Source: Thermovirgaceae bacterium (GTDB lineage: Bacteria > Synergistota > Synergistia > Synergistales > Thermovirgaceae). Taken from it: a stretch of DNA of 64,000 nucleotides. A program made the position numbers and the translations under genes. The DNA lies in NCBI GenBank assembly GCA_040767805.1, contig JAXGNU010000003.1, positions 64,001-128,000 on the forward strand, read 5' to 3'. The notes beneath the pieces are model-generated. The model saw only the letters and a list, made by a program, of their open reading frames with translations. It was not told the origin of the DNA and made no database searches. Shown in pieces: positions 51,268 through 62,246 of the stretch. Every line of letters starts with the position of its first letter. Position 1 is the stretch's first letter.

Positions 51268-52887
51268 TCATGCCTCCTTGGCACGGATGAGGTTTATATC
51301 CTTTACTATCAGGGCTATGTTGTTGGCGTGATCGCCCACCCGTTCAAGGTTGCTCAAGATATCGATGAAGATCACCCCCGAACCCGGGTTACACACTCCC
51401 TGGTTCAACCGGTCGATGTGGCGCCTCCTCAGGCTTCTCTCCATCGCGTCGATCTCGTCCTCCAGGACGAAGACCTGTTGGGCCTTATCGCCGTCGGCCG
51501 TATCGAGGGCTTCCACCGCGAGCCTCGCGGTCTTCTCGGAGAGGTCTATCATAACTGCGAATTCCTCCATGGCGACATCGGAGAAGGGAAGGTTATGCTC
51601 TATCTTGTATTCATAGAGTTCTATCAGGTTCTCGGCGTGATCCCCCATCCTTTCTATATCACCCACACCGTTCACGTAACTGGATAACGACGATGAGAGG
51701 ACCGGGGGCAGGCTGACCTGCATCAGTTCCGCCGAGTAGGACGCCACTTCCCTGTTCAGCTCATTCACGACCCTCTCGGTCTGGTGTACCTGTTCGATCA
51801 TCCTCCGGTCGTCATGGATGAAGGCGGTCTTTACGTCCCTCAGCATATCCAGGGTGAGCATCCCCATCCTGACCAGTTCCTTGCGGACCGCATCAACGGC
51901 GGCTATGGGCGATGCCTTGATCAGGTTGCGGTCCAGGAACCTCGGGCCCATCAGCACCATCTCCTCGTCATCGGGGATGATGGACTTCACCAGGCCCACG
52001 AAGGGGTCCACGAAGGGGAGGAACAGCAGGGTGTTGAGGACGTTGAAAAGGGTGTGGGCGTTGGCCAGCTGGCGGGCGATATCCGATGAAGTGAGCAGCA
52101 CGAGCTCCTTAAAGGGCCCGACAAGGGCAAGGAATATGGCCACCCCGATGACCTTGAAGAGAACGTGGGCGAGGGCCGACTGCCTCGCCGATCGGTTCAT
52201 CCCCAGCGAGGCCAATACCGCCGTGATGGTGGTCCCGATGTTGTCCCCGAACAGGATGGGGATGGCCGAGTCCAGGGTGAGAAGCCCCTGGGACCCCATG
52301 ACGATGGTCAGGCCGACCGTGGCGGAACTGGATTGGACCAGCATGGTGATGACCGTCCCAGCCAGCACTCCCAGGATGGGGTGATGCTGGAAAGCGAGGT
52401 AGATGTCCTGGCGTTCCCTCAGGAAACTCATGGCGTTCCCCATGGTCACCATCCCCAGGAAGAGGAGGCCGAAACCGACTATCCCGTTGCCGATGAATTT
52501 CTGTTTCTTGCTCCTCCCGAACACGGCGAAAAGCATACCGAAACCTATCAGGGGAAGGGCGAAATCCCCTATCTTGAAGGCCACCAGCTGAGCCGTGACG
52601 GTGGTGCCTATCGCCGCCCCCATCATGACCCCCACGGACTGCTTCAGCGACATGAGCCCGGCGTGAACGAAGCTCGCCGTCATCACCGTCGTAGCCCCGC
52701 TGGCCTGGATCACTGCCGTTATCAGGGCCCCCACGGCCACTCCCTTCAAGGGAGAACTGGTGAGGGCCGAGATCAGGCGCCTCATCCTGTCACCCGCGAG
52801 GTCCTGCAGCGACTCCCCCATCAGCTTGATGCCGTACAGGAAGAGCCCCACCCCCCCGAGGAGGTTGAAAAGAAGCCCCGTCGTCAA
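51268..52887 (-). CDS. Na+/Pi cotransporter family protein with PhoU domains
   Basis: GLFLYG, QSSSA, NIGTT, ANAH..FN, DIER.GDH, LERVGDH. Confidence 0.92.
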   Translation of the reverse strand: MTTGLLFNLLGGVGLFLYGIKLMGESLQDLAGDRMRRLISALTSSPLKGVAVGALITAVIQASGATTVMTASFVHAGLMSLKQSVGVMMGAAIGTTVTAQLVAFKIGDFALPLIGFGMLFAVFGRSKKQKFIGNGIVGFGLLFLGMVTMGNAMSFLRERQDIYLAFQHHPILGVLAGTVITMLVQSSSATVGLTIVMGSQGLLTLDSAIPILFGDNIGTTITAVLASLGMNRSARQSALAHVLFKVIGVAIFLALVGPFKELVLLTSSDIARQLANAHTLFNVLNTLLFLPFVDPFVGLVKSIIPDDEEMVLMGPRFLDRNLIKASPIAAVDAVRKELVRMGMLTLDMLRDVKTAFIHDDRRMIEQVHQTERVVNELNREVASYSAELMQVSLPPVLSSSLSSYVNGVGDIERMGDHAENLIELYEYKIEHNLPFSDVAMEEFAVMIDLSEKTARLAVEALDTADGDKAQQVFVLEDEIDAMERSLRRRHIDRLNQGVCNPGSGVIFIDILSNLERVGDHANNIALIVKDINLIRAKEA

Positions 52888-52949
52888 ACCCTCACCGCCC
52901 TTTCCAGGTAAAAAAACCGAAGTGGAACCGCCTCGCGGCCAAGACAGGC

Positions 52950-54665
52950 CTACCCCTTGACGACCGTGACAAGGACCCTCACCACCGGCGGAGTTCTCAG
53001 GTGCTTTTTAAGCACGTTCCTGACCCTGCTCCTCACCTTCTGGGCGACCCTCTGCTCACCCTCACCCATCCTGCCGGTGGGCCTTTCAAGGGTTCTCTCG
53101 ATCTCGCGAACGAGGTCGTTCTTAATCTGCTGCGCGTCGTCCATGTGAAGGAACCCTATGCTCTCGATAATGGGGTCGGCCGCGAGGCGGAGCTCACCGT
53201 CAAGGGCCAGCGATACCACCACTATCCCTTCCTCGGAGATCTCCAGCCTCTCCTTGAGGAGGCTGTTCTGCATCTCGCCCAGGACCATGCCGTCGACCAG
53301 GATATCACCCGAAGGGACGGCACCCCTCCGCACCTGGGCCCCGCTGTCGTCGAGGCCGAGCACATCGCCGTTTTGGAGCACAAAGGTGTTTTTCTGTGGG
53401 ATATCCATCTCCTGGGCCAACTGGGCGTGCCTGACGAGGTGCCGGTACTCCCCGTGGAGGGGGACGAAGTACCTGGGCCTCACGATACTGAGCATCATTT
53501 TAAGCTCTTCCCTCGCCGCGTGTCCCGAGACGTGGACCTCCTGGTCGCGGTCGTAGACCACCTCGCACCCGCACTCGAAAAGGCGGTTGATCGTCCTGCT
53601 GACGAGCCGTTCATTCCCGGGGATGGGCGTGGCGAAGACCGCCACCAGGTCGCCGGGGCCGAGGTTTACGAAACGATGCTCGCCCTTGCTCATCCTCACG
53701 AGGCCCGAGAAGGGCTCGCCTTGGCTGCCGGTGGTCAGGACGATCAGTTTTTTGTCGGGCACCTGGCCCGCGTCCTCCATGGGGACGAGGATGTCCCTGT
53801 CGGCATCGATGTAGCCCAAGTCCATGGCGAGGTTCACGTTCTGGATCATGCTCCTCCCCATCAGGGCCACCTTCCTGTTGAACTTGGAAGCGGCTTGGAG
53901 TATCTGCTGGGACCTGTGAAGGTTGGTGGAAAAGGCGGCTATGATGACCCTCTTGTTCCGGTGGAGCTGTAAAAGCCTCTCCAGGGTCCTGCCGATGATC
54001 CTCTCCGATTGGGTAAAGCCCGGCCTCTCCACGTTCGTCGAATCCGACAGCATCAACAGCACACCCTTGCTGCCGAAATCGGCGAAAGCCGAATAGTCCG
54101 TTATCCTCCCATCCACGGGGGTGGGGTCCAGTTTGAAGTCACCCGTATGGATGACCGTTCCGACGGGCGTCTCCACGGCAAGGCCCACCCCGTCGGGGAT
54201 CGAGTGGCAGACCGACAAGAAGGTCACCTCGAAGCACCCCAGGGTGCATTTCTCCCCCGATTGGACCTCGATCGAGCGGGGCTTGTAGTCCGGACAGGAA
54301 TCCTGGAACTTGGCGTCCACCATGGCCAGCGTGAGCTTCGTCCCGTAAAGGGGTACATCTATCCTGGGGAGGATGAAGGGCAGGCCGCCGATATGGTCTT
54401 CGTGGCCGTGGGTGAGCACAAGACCCCGAATTCTATCCTGGTTCTCGAAGAGGTATGAGGCGTCGGGGATCACGAAATCTATGCCCAGCATCTCCTCGTC
54501 GGGGAACATCAGGCCGCAGTCCACAACGACCATGTCCTCGCCATATTCGAGGACGAACATGTTCTTGCCGATCTGGCCCAGGCCCCCCAGGGGGATGAAG
54601 CGGAGCTCATCCCTGGCGGGGCTCTTCCTCCCGCGCTTTCCGCCCGGGGCTTTTGACGACATCAA
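52950..54665 (-). CDS. rnj: Ribonuclease J
   Basis: LGGL..IGKN, THGHEDH, HTGDFK, TGSQGEP, HVSGH, HGE. Confidence 0.96.
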   Translation of the reverse strand: MMSSKAPGGKRGRKSPARDELRFIPLGGLGQIGKNMFVLEYGEDMVVVDCGLMFPDEEMLGIDFVIPDASYLFENQDRIRGLVLTHGHEDHIGGLPFILPRIDVPLYGTKLTLAMVDAKFQDSCPDYKPRSIEVQSGEKCTLGCFEVTFLSVCHSIPDGVGLAVETPVGTVIHTGDFKLDPTPVDGRITDYSAFADFGSKGVLLMLSDSTNVERPGFTQSERIIGRTLERLLQLHRNKRVIIAAFSTNLHRSQQILQAASKFNRKVALMGRSMIQNVNLAMDLGYIDADRDILVPMEDAGQVPDKKLIVLTTGSQGEPFSGLVRMSKGEHRFVNLGPGDLVAVFATPIPGNERLVSRTINRLFECGCEVVYDRDQEVHVSGHAAREELKMMLSIVRPRYFVPLHGEYRHLVRHAQLAQEMDIPQKNTFVLQNGDVLGLDDSGAQVRRGAVPSGDILVDGMVLGEMQNSLLKERLEISEEGIVVVSLALDGELRLAADPIIESIGFLHMDDAQQIKNDLVREIERTLERPTGRMGEGEQRVAQKVRSRVRNVLKKHLRTPPVVRVLVTVVKG

Positions 54666-54781
54666 TACACCTCCGGCTCAGCCGCCTTGGCCCTGCAGCG
54701 GCTAATGGCTCGGCGCGACAAAACTGCCCGGGTCAAGGCAGGCGTCCGGAAAGGTTCCAGGTGCGGCCGGCCCGCCCGGTT

Positions 54782-56050
54782 TCAATCGCTGAAATCCTGG
54801 GCCTTCTCACCCGCCCCCGCGCGATCGGGGGAAGCGGCTTCCGTGAAATCCTTCCTGGAAGCGATGACCGCCTGCTCAGGAGCGGCGTTGTGATCGGTTC
54901 GTCTTGAAATGACCTCCAGCAACGCGTCGGCGCCGTCCTCTGCGTGGAAGGCCTTGATGAACCTCCTCGCCCATTCAGCGGTCTCGTCGACTATCCTCGC
55001 ATGGATCCTCTCGGGAAGGGCCATGATGGCATCGTGGAAAGGCTTGTTGGCTTTCTTGTAGTCGCCGGACTTGCGGGAATACCCCTGACCGTCGGCCCAC
55101 CGCACCATGTCGTCCCAAAGTTCCCTGGGGATGCCCCTGCCGGGGTCCTTGATGTACGTACCGTCCTTGACGACGGCGTTGCCCGTTTCGGGGTCCATCT
55201 CCAGTCCGAAGACGATGTTCTGCCAGAGGGTGCCCACGTTGCCCTTGTTTATCCCGAACTGGGAAAACCGGGACACTTTGTCGAGGGGGGTCCCGGAGAT
55301 CCCGTGTTGGGCTATGGTCACGCCGTAGGGCGCGACGGCCTCCGCGATCTCCCCCGTCCGCTTGAGGTCGATCCCCTCGGCCTCTCCTGCGGTGCTGTCA
55401 TAGGTCCCATGCTTGCTCCCGTTGGAGATGGCCAAAAAGTCGGGGAAAACCCTCCAGGAGTTCAGCCCCCCTATGAAAAACAGGGCCTCCTCCACCGTGG
55501 TCAGTTCGCCCGGTCCCTTGATCTCCCCCACCTCGACCTCCAGGCCCAGGTAGGCCGGGACGTGCATCGCCACGTCCCTGGTGAAGCAGAGGTTTTCCCA
55601 GTCCGGGTTATGGGAGGCATCGATGGCCACCGATGTCCAACCCGACTCGACCAGTTTCCTCAAGTGGGGGATGGACTTCAGGAGGTCTTCCCTGGACTTG
55701 ATGGCGTAATGGTCCACGTGAAGTCCGAAGGGGACCCCTCCGCCCAGCTCGCTGGAGTACTGAAGGGCCAGTTGGGGCACGTTCTCGAAGGTGCAACCGC
55801 AGTACGTGCTTTCCGACTTGGCCAGTTCCAGCAACACGAAAGCGTTGAGATCCCTGGCCGCCATCAGGACGCCCTTTATCGTCAGGGGATTGCGCACGTT
55901 CGCGGCGAGGACGATGGAATCCGTCCTCCTGGCCGCCGCCGCGATGTCCCTCCCGCTTACCAGGGCCACGGGTTCACCGCCGAAAACGGCCTGGACGTTG
56001 AGGGGCCGTTTCTCGAGCAGTTCACGGAAAGACCTGCTGCTTTGATCCAT
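54782..56050 (-). CDS. Class II fructose-bisphosphate aldolase family protein
   Basis: HVDH, DASH, EVEVGE, GSKHG, QHGISG, KGNVGT. Confidence 0.88.
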   Translation of the reverse strand: MDQSSRSFRELLEKRPLNVQAVFGGEPVALVSGRDIAAAARRTDSIVLAANVRNPLTIKGVLMAARDLNAFVLLELAKSESTYCGCTFENVPQLALQYSSELGGGVPFGLHVDHYAIKSREDLLKSIPHLRKLVESGWTSVAIDASHNPDWENLCFTRDVAMHVPAYLGLEVEVGEIKGPGELTTVEEALFFIGGLNSWRVFPDFLAISNGSKHGTYDSTAGEAEGIDLKRTGEIAEAVAPYGVTIAQHGISGTPLDKVSRFSQFGINKGNVGTLWQNIVFGLEMDPETGNAVVKDGTYIKDPGRGIPRELWDDMVRWADGQGYSRKSGDYKKANKPFHDAIMALPERIHARIVDETAEWARRFIKAFHAEDGADALLEVISRRTDHNAAPEQAVIASRKDFTEAASPDRAGAGEKAQDFSD

Positions 56051-56209
56051 TTCAGAACACCTCCCGGTAATATCCGCATACATTGTACAATGAAGAGGGC
56101 TCCCTGTTCACGCGGACCGGCCCGGCCTTTTTCCAGTTCCTTTACCTTTGACGTTGACGGTTTCGCTTGACCCGTGATAATATAACCGGCGCGCTACGGG
56201 AACGATCCT

Positions 56210-56284
56210 TGGGGGATCGTCTAATCGGCAGGACGCTTGACTCTGGATCAAGAAGTCGGGGTTCGAGTCCCTGTCCCCCAGCCA
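56210..56284 (+). tRNA. tRNA-Gln(CTG)
   Basis: Acceptor TGGGGGA/TCCCCCA, anticodon arm CTTGA-CT-CTG-GA-TCAAG, GGTTCGAGTCC, CCA. Confidence 0.96.
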
Positions 56285-56296
56285 AAATCCATGGAA

Positions 56297-56372
56297 GGCC
56301 CCATCGTCTAGTGGTCTAGGACCCAGGGTTCTCAGTCCTGTAACACGGGTTCGAATCCCGTTGGGGCTGCCA
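56297..56372 (+). tRNA. tRNA-Glu(CTC)
   Basis: Acceptor GGCCCCA/TGGGGCT, anticodon arm CAGGG-TT-CTC-AG-TCCTG, GGTTCGAATCC, CCA. Confidence 0.96.
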
Positions 56373-56381
56373 AAAATCTCG

Positions 56382-56415
56382 AGGCGGACCTCTTTTTTTG
56401 AGGGGTCCGCCTTTT
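56382..56415. terminator. Terminator between the tRNA pair and the convergent rtcB
   Basis: AGGCGGACC...GGTCCGCCT followed by TTT. Confidence 0.75.
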
Positions 56416-57590
56416 CATTCGGGTGCCTTCAGGTTATACACCGGCCGGAGCAATGCCGATACTTCCACGGCTTCGCCGACTTCTTCCCGGATGTCCTCCC
56501 ACCTCTTGTAGGCCATGGGGGACTCGTCGATGGTCTCCTTGAGGACCGACGTGGAAAAAACACCTTCCATGCTCTTCCTGAAGGACCCCATCGTGATGGA
56601 ACCTTCCTTCAGCCTGCGCTTCATTTCCTTGCGGCTGAAGAGGCGTCCCGCCCCGTGGGGGGCCGAAAAGTTGTAGTCCGGGTTCCCCTTCCCGACGCCG
56701 AGGATGATCCCCGCGGCCATGTTCAGGGGGATGACCAGCCTTTCGCCCTTGTGGGCCGAGATGGCGCCCTTTCTCACGATGCCGTCCTTCTCGCTGATGT
56801 AGTTATGGACGCTCTCTACAAGGGTGTCCTCGTTCAACTTCAGGCCGAAGAAGGAGAGGATCCTGTCGGCGATGATGAAACGGTTCAGGCCGGCGTACTC
56901 TTGGGCGATCCGAAGCCACTTCAGGTACTCGCTGCCTCCCTTATCGAGGGGGAGGTGCTCCAGGCCGCGGGGAAGGCCGGGGGATCCCTCGGCCCCGGCC
57001 TGGTAGCGCCGGGCCATGCCCTGGAAAAAACCGGCCACCTGGAAGCCGAAATGACGGCTGCCGGTGTGCACCGCGAGGAATAGCGCCCCCTCGGGGTCTT
57101 CATTGATCTCGATAAAGTGATTCCCGCCCCCGAGGGTCCCCAGCTGGCTCCAAGCGGGGCCTTTCGGCCGCCGTGCGAGGAATTTCCCATAAAAGCCCTC
57201 ATCGGCGAGCTCGCCCAGTTCCCTTGCCCTGGCCCCCCGGCCGGGGAAACGGGACTCGAACCAGTCGAGCATCGCCGGGCTCCGGTGGCGGGTCTTCCCC
57301 AGGGGGATGCTGCCCCGAATGAACCCGTCGAGGGCGGCGAAGTCCACGTCCCCTTTCTTCACTCCCTCGAGGGGCGCGAGGAGGACGCCGCAGCCGATGT
57401 CAACGCCGACCACGTTGGGTATGACAGCATCCTTGAACCTACCGGTGAAACCGATGACGCATCCGGCCCCCAGGTGGCAGTCGGGCATGATGGCCACCAG
57501 GCCGTCGACGGCCGGATGAGCGGCGATGTCCCTTATCTGGGCCATCGTGGGCTCATCCACGTCCCTGGCATGGATCACCAGTTCTGTCAT
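56415..57590 (-). CDS. rtcB: RNA 3'-phosphate/5'-OH ligase RtcB
   Basis: MPDCH.G.G, VGVDIGCG, GTLGGGNHF, HTGSR, HNY, RKGA, PHGAGR, DESPMAYK. Probable ATG start at 57590. Confidence 0.95.
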   Translation of the reverse strand: MTELVIHARDVDEPTMAQIRDIAAHPAVDGLVAIMPDCHLGAGCVIGFTGRFKDAVIPNVVGVDIGCGVLLAPLEGVKKGDVDFAALDGFIRGSIPLGKTRHRSPAMLDWFESRFPGRGARARELGELADEGFYGKFLARRPKGPAWSQLGTLGGGNHFIEINEDPEGALFLAVHTGSRHFGFQVAGFFQGMARRYQAGAEGSPGLPRGLEHLPLDKGGSEYLKWLRIAQEYAGLNRFIIADRILSFFGLKLNEDTLVESVHNYISEKDGIVRKGAISAHKGERLVIPLNMAAGIILGVGKGNPDYNFSAPHGAGRLFSRKEMKRRLKEGSITMGSFRKSMEGVFSTSVLKETIDESPMAYKRWEDIREEVGEAVEVSALLRPVYNLKAPE

Positions 57591-57684
57591 GACAACCACT
57601 CCAATATTGGTTTTCAAGGTCGCAAAAAATTGCCCCGTTACATGATAACATCTGTAGGCCAGCAAAAAGGACGGTGGAGACTGC

Positions 57685-58488
57685 ATGGACCCAGAGGAAC
57701 GGGTGACGGCGCCTTCAGCGACCGGGACCCCCTGCTTCGCTTTCATGGGCGACCTTCTGCTCTTGAGGACGGAACCGTCGGTCGTACTGCCGGTTTGGGA
57801 GGATGTCGCGGGGCTTCCCCTCTCGGGGCGGAGCCCGGGTTCCTGGATGACGGGGCGGCCCGGGAACTGCTGGGCCTCCCTGGTAGAAGATACGCCCCCG
57901 CCTGAGGGCATGAGCTTCGTAACCCTGAGGGATATCTGGTCCCTCATGGGAGAGCGCGCTTTCTTAGAGGCCGGGAGGGCCTTCCAGATCATGGAATGGT
58001 CCCAGCGCAACCGCTTCTGCGGACGCTGCGCAACCCCCATGATCGAGGCCGAGAACGAGACGGCCCTGGAGTGTCCCGCCTGCGGGTTGATAAGTTACCC
58101 CGCGGTCACCCCCGCGATCATCGTCGCCGTGGAAAAGGAGGGACGGCTGCTCCTGGCCAGGAATACCCGTTTCCCCAAGGGCAGGTACAGCGTCATCGCC
58201 GGTTTCGTCGAACCCGGTGAGACCCTCGAGGGAGCCGTGGAGAGGGAGGTCATGGAGGAGGTCTCCATCAGGGTGAAGAACATCACCTATTTTGGGAGCC
58301 AGCCCTGGCCCTTCCCCCACTCGATGATGATCGGCTTTCGCGCAGAGTGGGGGTCGGGGGAGATCAGGGCTGACGGCAACGAAATCGAGAGCGCGGGATG
58401 GTACTCCCCTGAAGATTTTCCCGATATACCCCCGGGCTTCAGCATTTCAAGGAGGCTCATCGACGACTTCCTGGCCAGGCATGCCTGA
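57685..58488 (+). CDS. nudC: NAD(H) pyrophosphatase / NAD-cap decapping Nudix hydrolase
   Basis: FCGRC..CPAC zinc ribbon, AGFVEPGE...REVMEE Nudix box, SQPWPFPHS. Confidence 0.95.
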   Translation: MDPEERVTAPSATGTPCFAFMGDLLLLRTEPSVVLPVWEDVAGLPLSGRSPGSWMTGRPGNCWASLVEDTPPPEGMSFVTLRDIWSLMGERAFLEAGRAFQIMEWSQRNRFCGRCATPMIEAENETALECPACGLISYPAVTPAIIVAVEKEGRLLLARNTRFPKGRYSVIAGFVEPGETLEGAVEREVMEEVSIRVKNITYFGSQPWPFPHSMMIGFRAEWGSGEIRADGNEIESAGWYSPEDFPDIPPGFSISRRLIDDFLARHA

Positions 58489-58511
58489 GGGGAAGCGCTC
58501 CCACGGGAAGA

Positions 58512-58931
58512 TCAGTTCTTGGGCTTCCCCTTGCGGAGTTCTTCCTCCCAGGTGATCAGGGAATGGTAGTAGATGCGGTCGCCGTCATCGTCCAGCCCCC
58601 TGGTGAGTTCGCTGATATGGGTGTGCCCCGCTTGGACCCTCTCCAGGACGTGGCTAACGGCCTGTTCCGGTATGCTCTCCGCCCCGCAGGTATAAATATC
58701 CAGGGCGAGGTACCGCGCTTCCGGCCACGTGTGCACCGACAGGTGGGATTCACTGATCACCACGACCCCGCTGACCCCATTGGGCGGGAACCGGTGGAAG
58801 GAAACCGCCCAGACGTGGGTGTTGGCCTTCCGCGCGGCCTCGACGAGGATTTCCTGCATCCTGTCGACTTCGCCGATGACGTCGCTGCAACCTGAAGCCT
58901 CGACAATATAGTGGATCCCCCTAGGGTCCAT
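58512..58931 (-). CDS. speD: S-adenosylmethionine decarboxylase proenzyme (pyruvoyl type)
   Basis: F.P.GVSGVVVISESHLSVHTWPE, DIYTCG. Confidence 0.88.
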   Translation of the reverse strand: MDPRGIHYIVEASGCSDVIGEVDRMQEILVEAARKANTHVWAVSFHRFPPNGVSGVVVISESHLSVHTWPEARYLALDIYTCGAESIPEQAVSHVLERVQAGHTHISELTRGLDDDGDRIYYHSLITWEEELRKGKPKN

Positions 58932-58977
58932 TGCTTCTCCTTCCCGGGATGCTCTCCCTCGAATTAGTTCAAAAAAC

Positions 58978-60249
58978 CTAGAAATAATACCCTTTTTGCA
59001 GTTCCGGGTACAGTGGGAAGGACCCGGCGAGATCCCTGACCTTCACGGCAACCCGGTCCATCGCCGACCGGTCTTGGCTTTCCGAGAGCGCGACGTCGAT
59101 TATCTCGGCCACGAGGGCCATCTCCTTCTCCTTCATGCCCCTGGTGGTGAGCGCCGGGGTGCCGAGCCTGATTCCGCTGGTCACCATGGGCTTCTCGGGA
59201 TCAAAGGGTATCATATTTTTGTTCACCGTGATACCCACCCGGCCCAGTATGTCCGTGGCCTCCTTACCGGTGAGACCCTTGCCCCGGAGGTCCAGGAGCA
59301 ACATGTGGTTATCCGTTCCTCCCGCGACCAGCCTGTACCCCCTGGCACCCAGCTCCGCGGCCAGGGTTTTCGCGTTTTTGACGATCTGCGCGGCGTATTC
59401 CTTGAACTCGGGCCTCATGGCCATCAGGAAACAGGTGGCCTTTCCCGCGATGACCTGCATGAACGGTCCGCCCTGCATGCCTGGGAAGACATTGCGGTCC
59501 AGGTCGGCGGCGTACTTGCCCCGGCAAAGGATGAGGGCGCCTCGCGGCCCCCTCAAGGTCTTATGGGTAGTTGTAGTGACAAAATCCGAGTGCGGGACGG
59601 GATTGGGGTGGACGCCGCCGGCGACCAACCCCGCTATGTGGGCCATGTCGGCCATGAGGTAGGCTCCCACTTCCTCCGCGATATCACCGAAGCGTTCGAA
59701 ATCGATGAGGCGGGGGTAAGCGCTCGCCCCGGCGACGATCATCTTGGGCCTGTGCTCGCGGGCGAGCCTGGCCACCTCGTCGTAATCGATGGTCTCCCTT
59801 TCCCTGTCGACGCCATAGGGTATTATCCTGAAAAACCTTCCGGAAAAGTTCAGCGGGTGACCGTGGGAGAGGTGACCCCCCTGCGCCAGGTCCATGGCGA
59901 GGATGGAGTCGCCGGGTTCAAGGACGGTGAAATAGACGCCCATGTTGGCCTGGGTGCCCGAGTGGGGCTGGACGTTGGCGTGTTCGGCCCCGAAGAGTTC
60001 GCAGGCCCTTTTCGCGGCCAGTTCCTCGGCCGATTCGACGAACTCGCATCCGCCGTAGTACTTTTTATGGGGGTAACCCTCGGCGTACTTGTTGGTCAGC
60101 ACCGAACCCTGCGCCTGGAGCACGTAAGGGGGGACGAAATTCTCGGAAGCAATAAGTTCGAGGCCCTGCTTTTGTCTCAGGAATTCGGACTGGATAAGGG
60201 AATCTATCTCCGGGTCAGCGTCCTTCATAACCGACTTCATGATGTCCAA
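58978..60249 (-). CDS. glyA: Serine hydroxymethyltransferase
   Basis: [39 protein letters not shown]. Start is approximate. Confidence 0.98.
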   Translation of the reverse strand: MDIMKSVMKDADPEIDSLIQSEFLRQKQGLELIASENFVPPYVLQAQGSVLTNKYAEGYPHKKYYGGCEFVESAEELAAKRACELFGAEHANVQPHSGTQANMGVYFTVLEPGDSILAMDLAQGGHLSHGHPLNFSGRFFRIIPYGVDRERETIDYDEVARLAREHRPKMIVAGASAYPRLIDFERFGDIAEEVGAYLMADMAHIAGLVAGGVHPNPVPHSDFVTTTTHKTLRGPRGALILCRGKYAADLDRNVFPGMQGGPFMQVIAGKATCFLMAMRPEFKEYAAQIVKNAKTLAAELGARGYRLVAGGTDNHMLLLDLRGKGLTGKEATDILGRVGITVNKNMIPFDPEKPMVTSGIRLGTPALTTRGMKEKEMALVAEIIDVALSESQDRSAMDRVAVKVRDLAGSFPLYPELQKGYYF

Positions 60250-60329
60250 AACAGCCCATCCCCTTTCATAAGGTAGGTCGACCTTTTTCTTCGGTGGGCC
60301 AATATTATACCCCCAGGTCAAACCCTTGG

Positions 60330-62246
60330 TCAGGCGATGCTTCCCCGTCCCCGGACCGGGTCGAACTGCCTCTGCAGGAGGACCTCGAAAGCCGAAAGGT
60401 CCATGGTGCCCAGGTCCCCCGCGGCACGGTCCCTGACGGAGAGGGTCACGTTCTCCACCTCCCTGGAGCCGATGACCACCATGTAGGGAATCTTTTCCAC
60501 CTGGGCGTCACGGATCTTCTTGCCCAATTTCTCGTCCCTGGCGTCCTTCTCCACCCTGTACCCGAGGCCCTTGAGCCTCGACTCCACCTCGGTGGCGTAG
60601 GGCGCGTGTTCCTCCTTCACCGGCACGATCCTGACCTGTACCGGGGAGAGCCAGAAGGGGAAGGCCCCGGCGTAGTGCTCGATGAGTATCCCCATGAATC
60701 TCTCGAGGCTCCCCAGGATCGTCCTGTGGAGCATGACGGGGCGATGCTCGCTCCCGTCGGGACCGATGTAGGTCATATCGAATTTTTCGGGCATCTGGAA
60801 GTCGAGCTGGATCGTGCCGCACTGCCACGTCCTCCCGATGCAGTCCTCGAGGTGGAAGTCGATCTTTGGGCCGTAGAACGCCCCGTCGCCCGGGTTAAGG
60901 CGGAAGGGCACGCCGAACTCCTCCAGGGCTTCCTGCAGGGCCTTTTCGGCCTTCTCCCACATGATGGGGTCTCCCATGGCCTTCTCGGGCCTGGTGGACA
61001 GCTCCACGCGGTAGGAGAAACCGAACACATCCTTGTAGATGAACCTGACCAGGTCCATGATGCCGATTATCTCCTGCTTGATCTGCCCCGGCGTCACGTA
61101 GAGGTGGGCGTCGTCCTGGGTGAAGGACCTGACCCTCATAAGCCCGTGGAGGACGCCCGAGCGCTCATGCCGATGGACGGTGCCCAGTTCGGCGACCCTC
61201 ATGGGGAAATCTCGGTAACTCCTTATCCTGCTCTTGTAGACCAGTATCCCCCCCGGGCAGTTCATCGGCTTTACCGCGAAGGGCCGTCCGTCGATCTCGG
61301 TGAAGTACATGTTTTCGCGGTAGTGGTCCCAGTGCCCCGACCTCACCCACAACTCCTGGTCAAGGATGAGGGGGGTTCTTATCTCTGAGTAGCCCCTTCG
61401 GGCATGCTCCGCCCGCCAGAACTCCACGAGCCGGTTTATGACCACCGTGCCCTTGGGGTGGAAGAAGGGGAACCCCGGGCCCTCTTCCTGGATGCTGAAA
61501 AGGTCCAGTTCTTTTCCCAGCTTCCGGTGATCCCTGCGTTTCGCCTCCTCGACCCTGTTGATGTAGTCCTGGAGCGCCTCGGCGGTGTCGAAGGCGGTGC
61601 CGTACACCCTGGTCAGCATGATGTTCTTCTCGTCGCCCCGCCAGTAGGCCCCGGCCACGGAAAGAAGTTTGAAGTGCTTGAGTCTCGAGGTGGAGACCAC
61701 GTGGGGCCCCCGGCAGAGGTCGGCGAACTCCCCTTGCCGGTAGATCGAAATGAACTCGTCGGGTATCTCCGAGACCAGTTCCAGTTTGTAGACGGCGTCC
61801 CTTTCCCTGAAAAGGGCCATGGCTTTCTCTCTCGGGAGCAGGAGTCTTTCCACAGGGATATCCTCGGAGGCGATCCTCCTCATCTCATCCTCTATCCTGG
61901 GGAGGTCTTCCTCGGTCAGCGTGCCGGCAACCTCCATGTCGTAGTAGAAACCGTCCTGTATGGAAGGCCCGATACCTAGCCTTGTCCCTGGGAAAAGCCT
62001 CTGGACGGCCTGGGCCATGAGGTGCGACGTGGAATGCCTCAGGATGTCCAAGCCCTCCTGGCTTGAGGAGGAGATAGGCTCAATGAAGGAATCCTTTTCA
62101 ATGACGGCGGTGATATCGACCGGTTCCCCGTCGCTCCTGGCGGCGACGGAACTCTCTCCGAGACCCCATCGCGACAATACTTCCCCGGCCGATAGGGCCT
62201 CGGGGGAAAAAAGCTCCAATCCTTCTGGTCCAGCGTATTTGGGCAA
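60330..62246 (-). CDS. thrS: Threonyl-tRNA synthetase
   Basis: [47 protein letters not shown] start after GGAGG. Confidence 0.98.
   Translation of the reverse strand: MPKYAGPEGLELFSPEALSAGEVLSRWGLGESSVAARSDGEPVDITAVIEKDSFIEPISSSSQEGLDILRHSTSHLMAQAVQRLFPGTRLGIGPSIQDGFYYDMEVAGTLTEEDLPRIEDEMRRIASEDIPVERLLLPREKAMALFRERDAVYKLELVSEIPDEFISIYRQGEFADLCRGPHVVSTSRLKHFKLLSVAGAYWRGDEKNIMLTRVYGTAFDTAEALQDYINRVEEAKRRDHRKLGKELDLFSIQEEGPGFPFFHPKGTVVINRLVEFWRAEHARRGYSEIRTPLILDQELWVRSGHWDHYRENMYFTEIDGRPFAVKPMNCPGGILVYKSRIRSYRDFPMRVAELGTVHRHERSGVLHGLMRVRSFTQDDAHLYVTPGQIKQEIIGIMDLVRFIYKDVFGFSYRVELSTRPEKAMGDPIMWEKAEKALQEALEEFGVPFRLNPGDGAFYGPKIDFHLEDCIGRTWQCGTIQLDFQMPEKFDMTYIGPDGSEHRPVMLHRTILGSLERFMGILIEHYAGAFPFWLSPVQVRIVPVKEEHAPYATEVESRLKGLGYRVEKDARDEKLGKKIRDAQVEKIPYMVVIGSREVENVTLSVRDRAAGDLGTMDLSAFEVLLQRQFDPVRGRGSIA

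Noticed and set aside
57591..58040. Apparent 150-aa N-terminal extension of RtcB
   Set aside because: It overlaps nudC on the opposite strand; a GGAG RBS and ATG at 57590 give a normal start.
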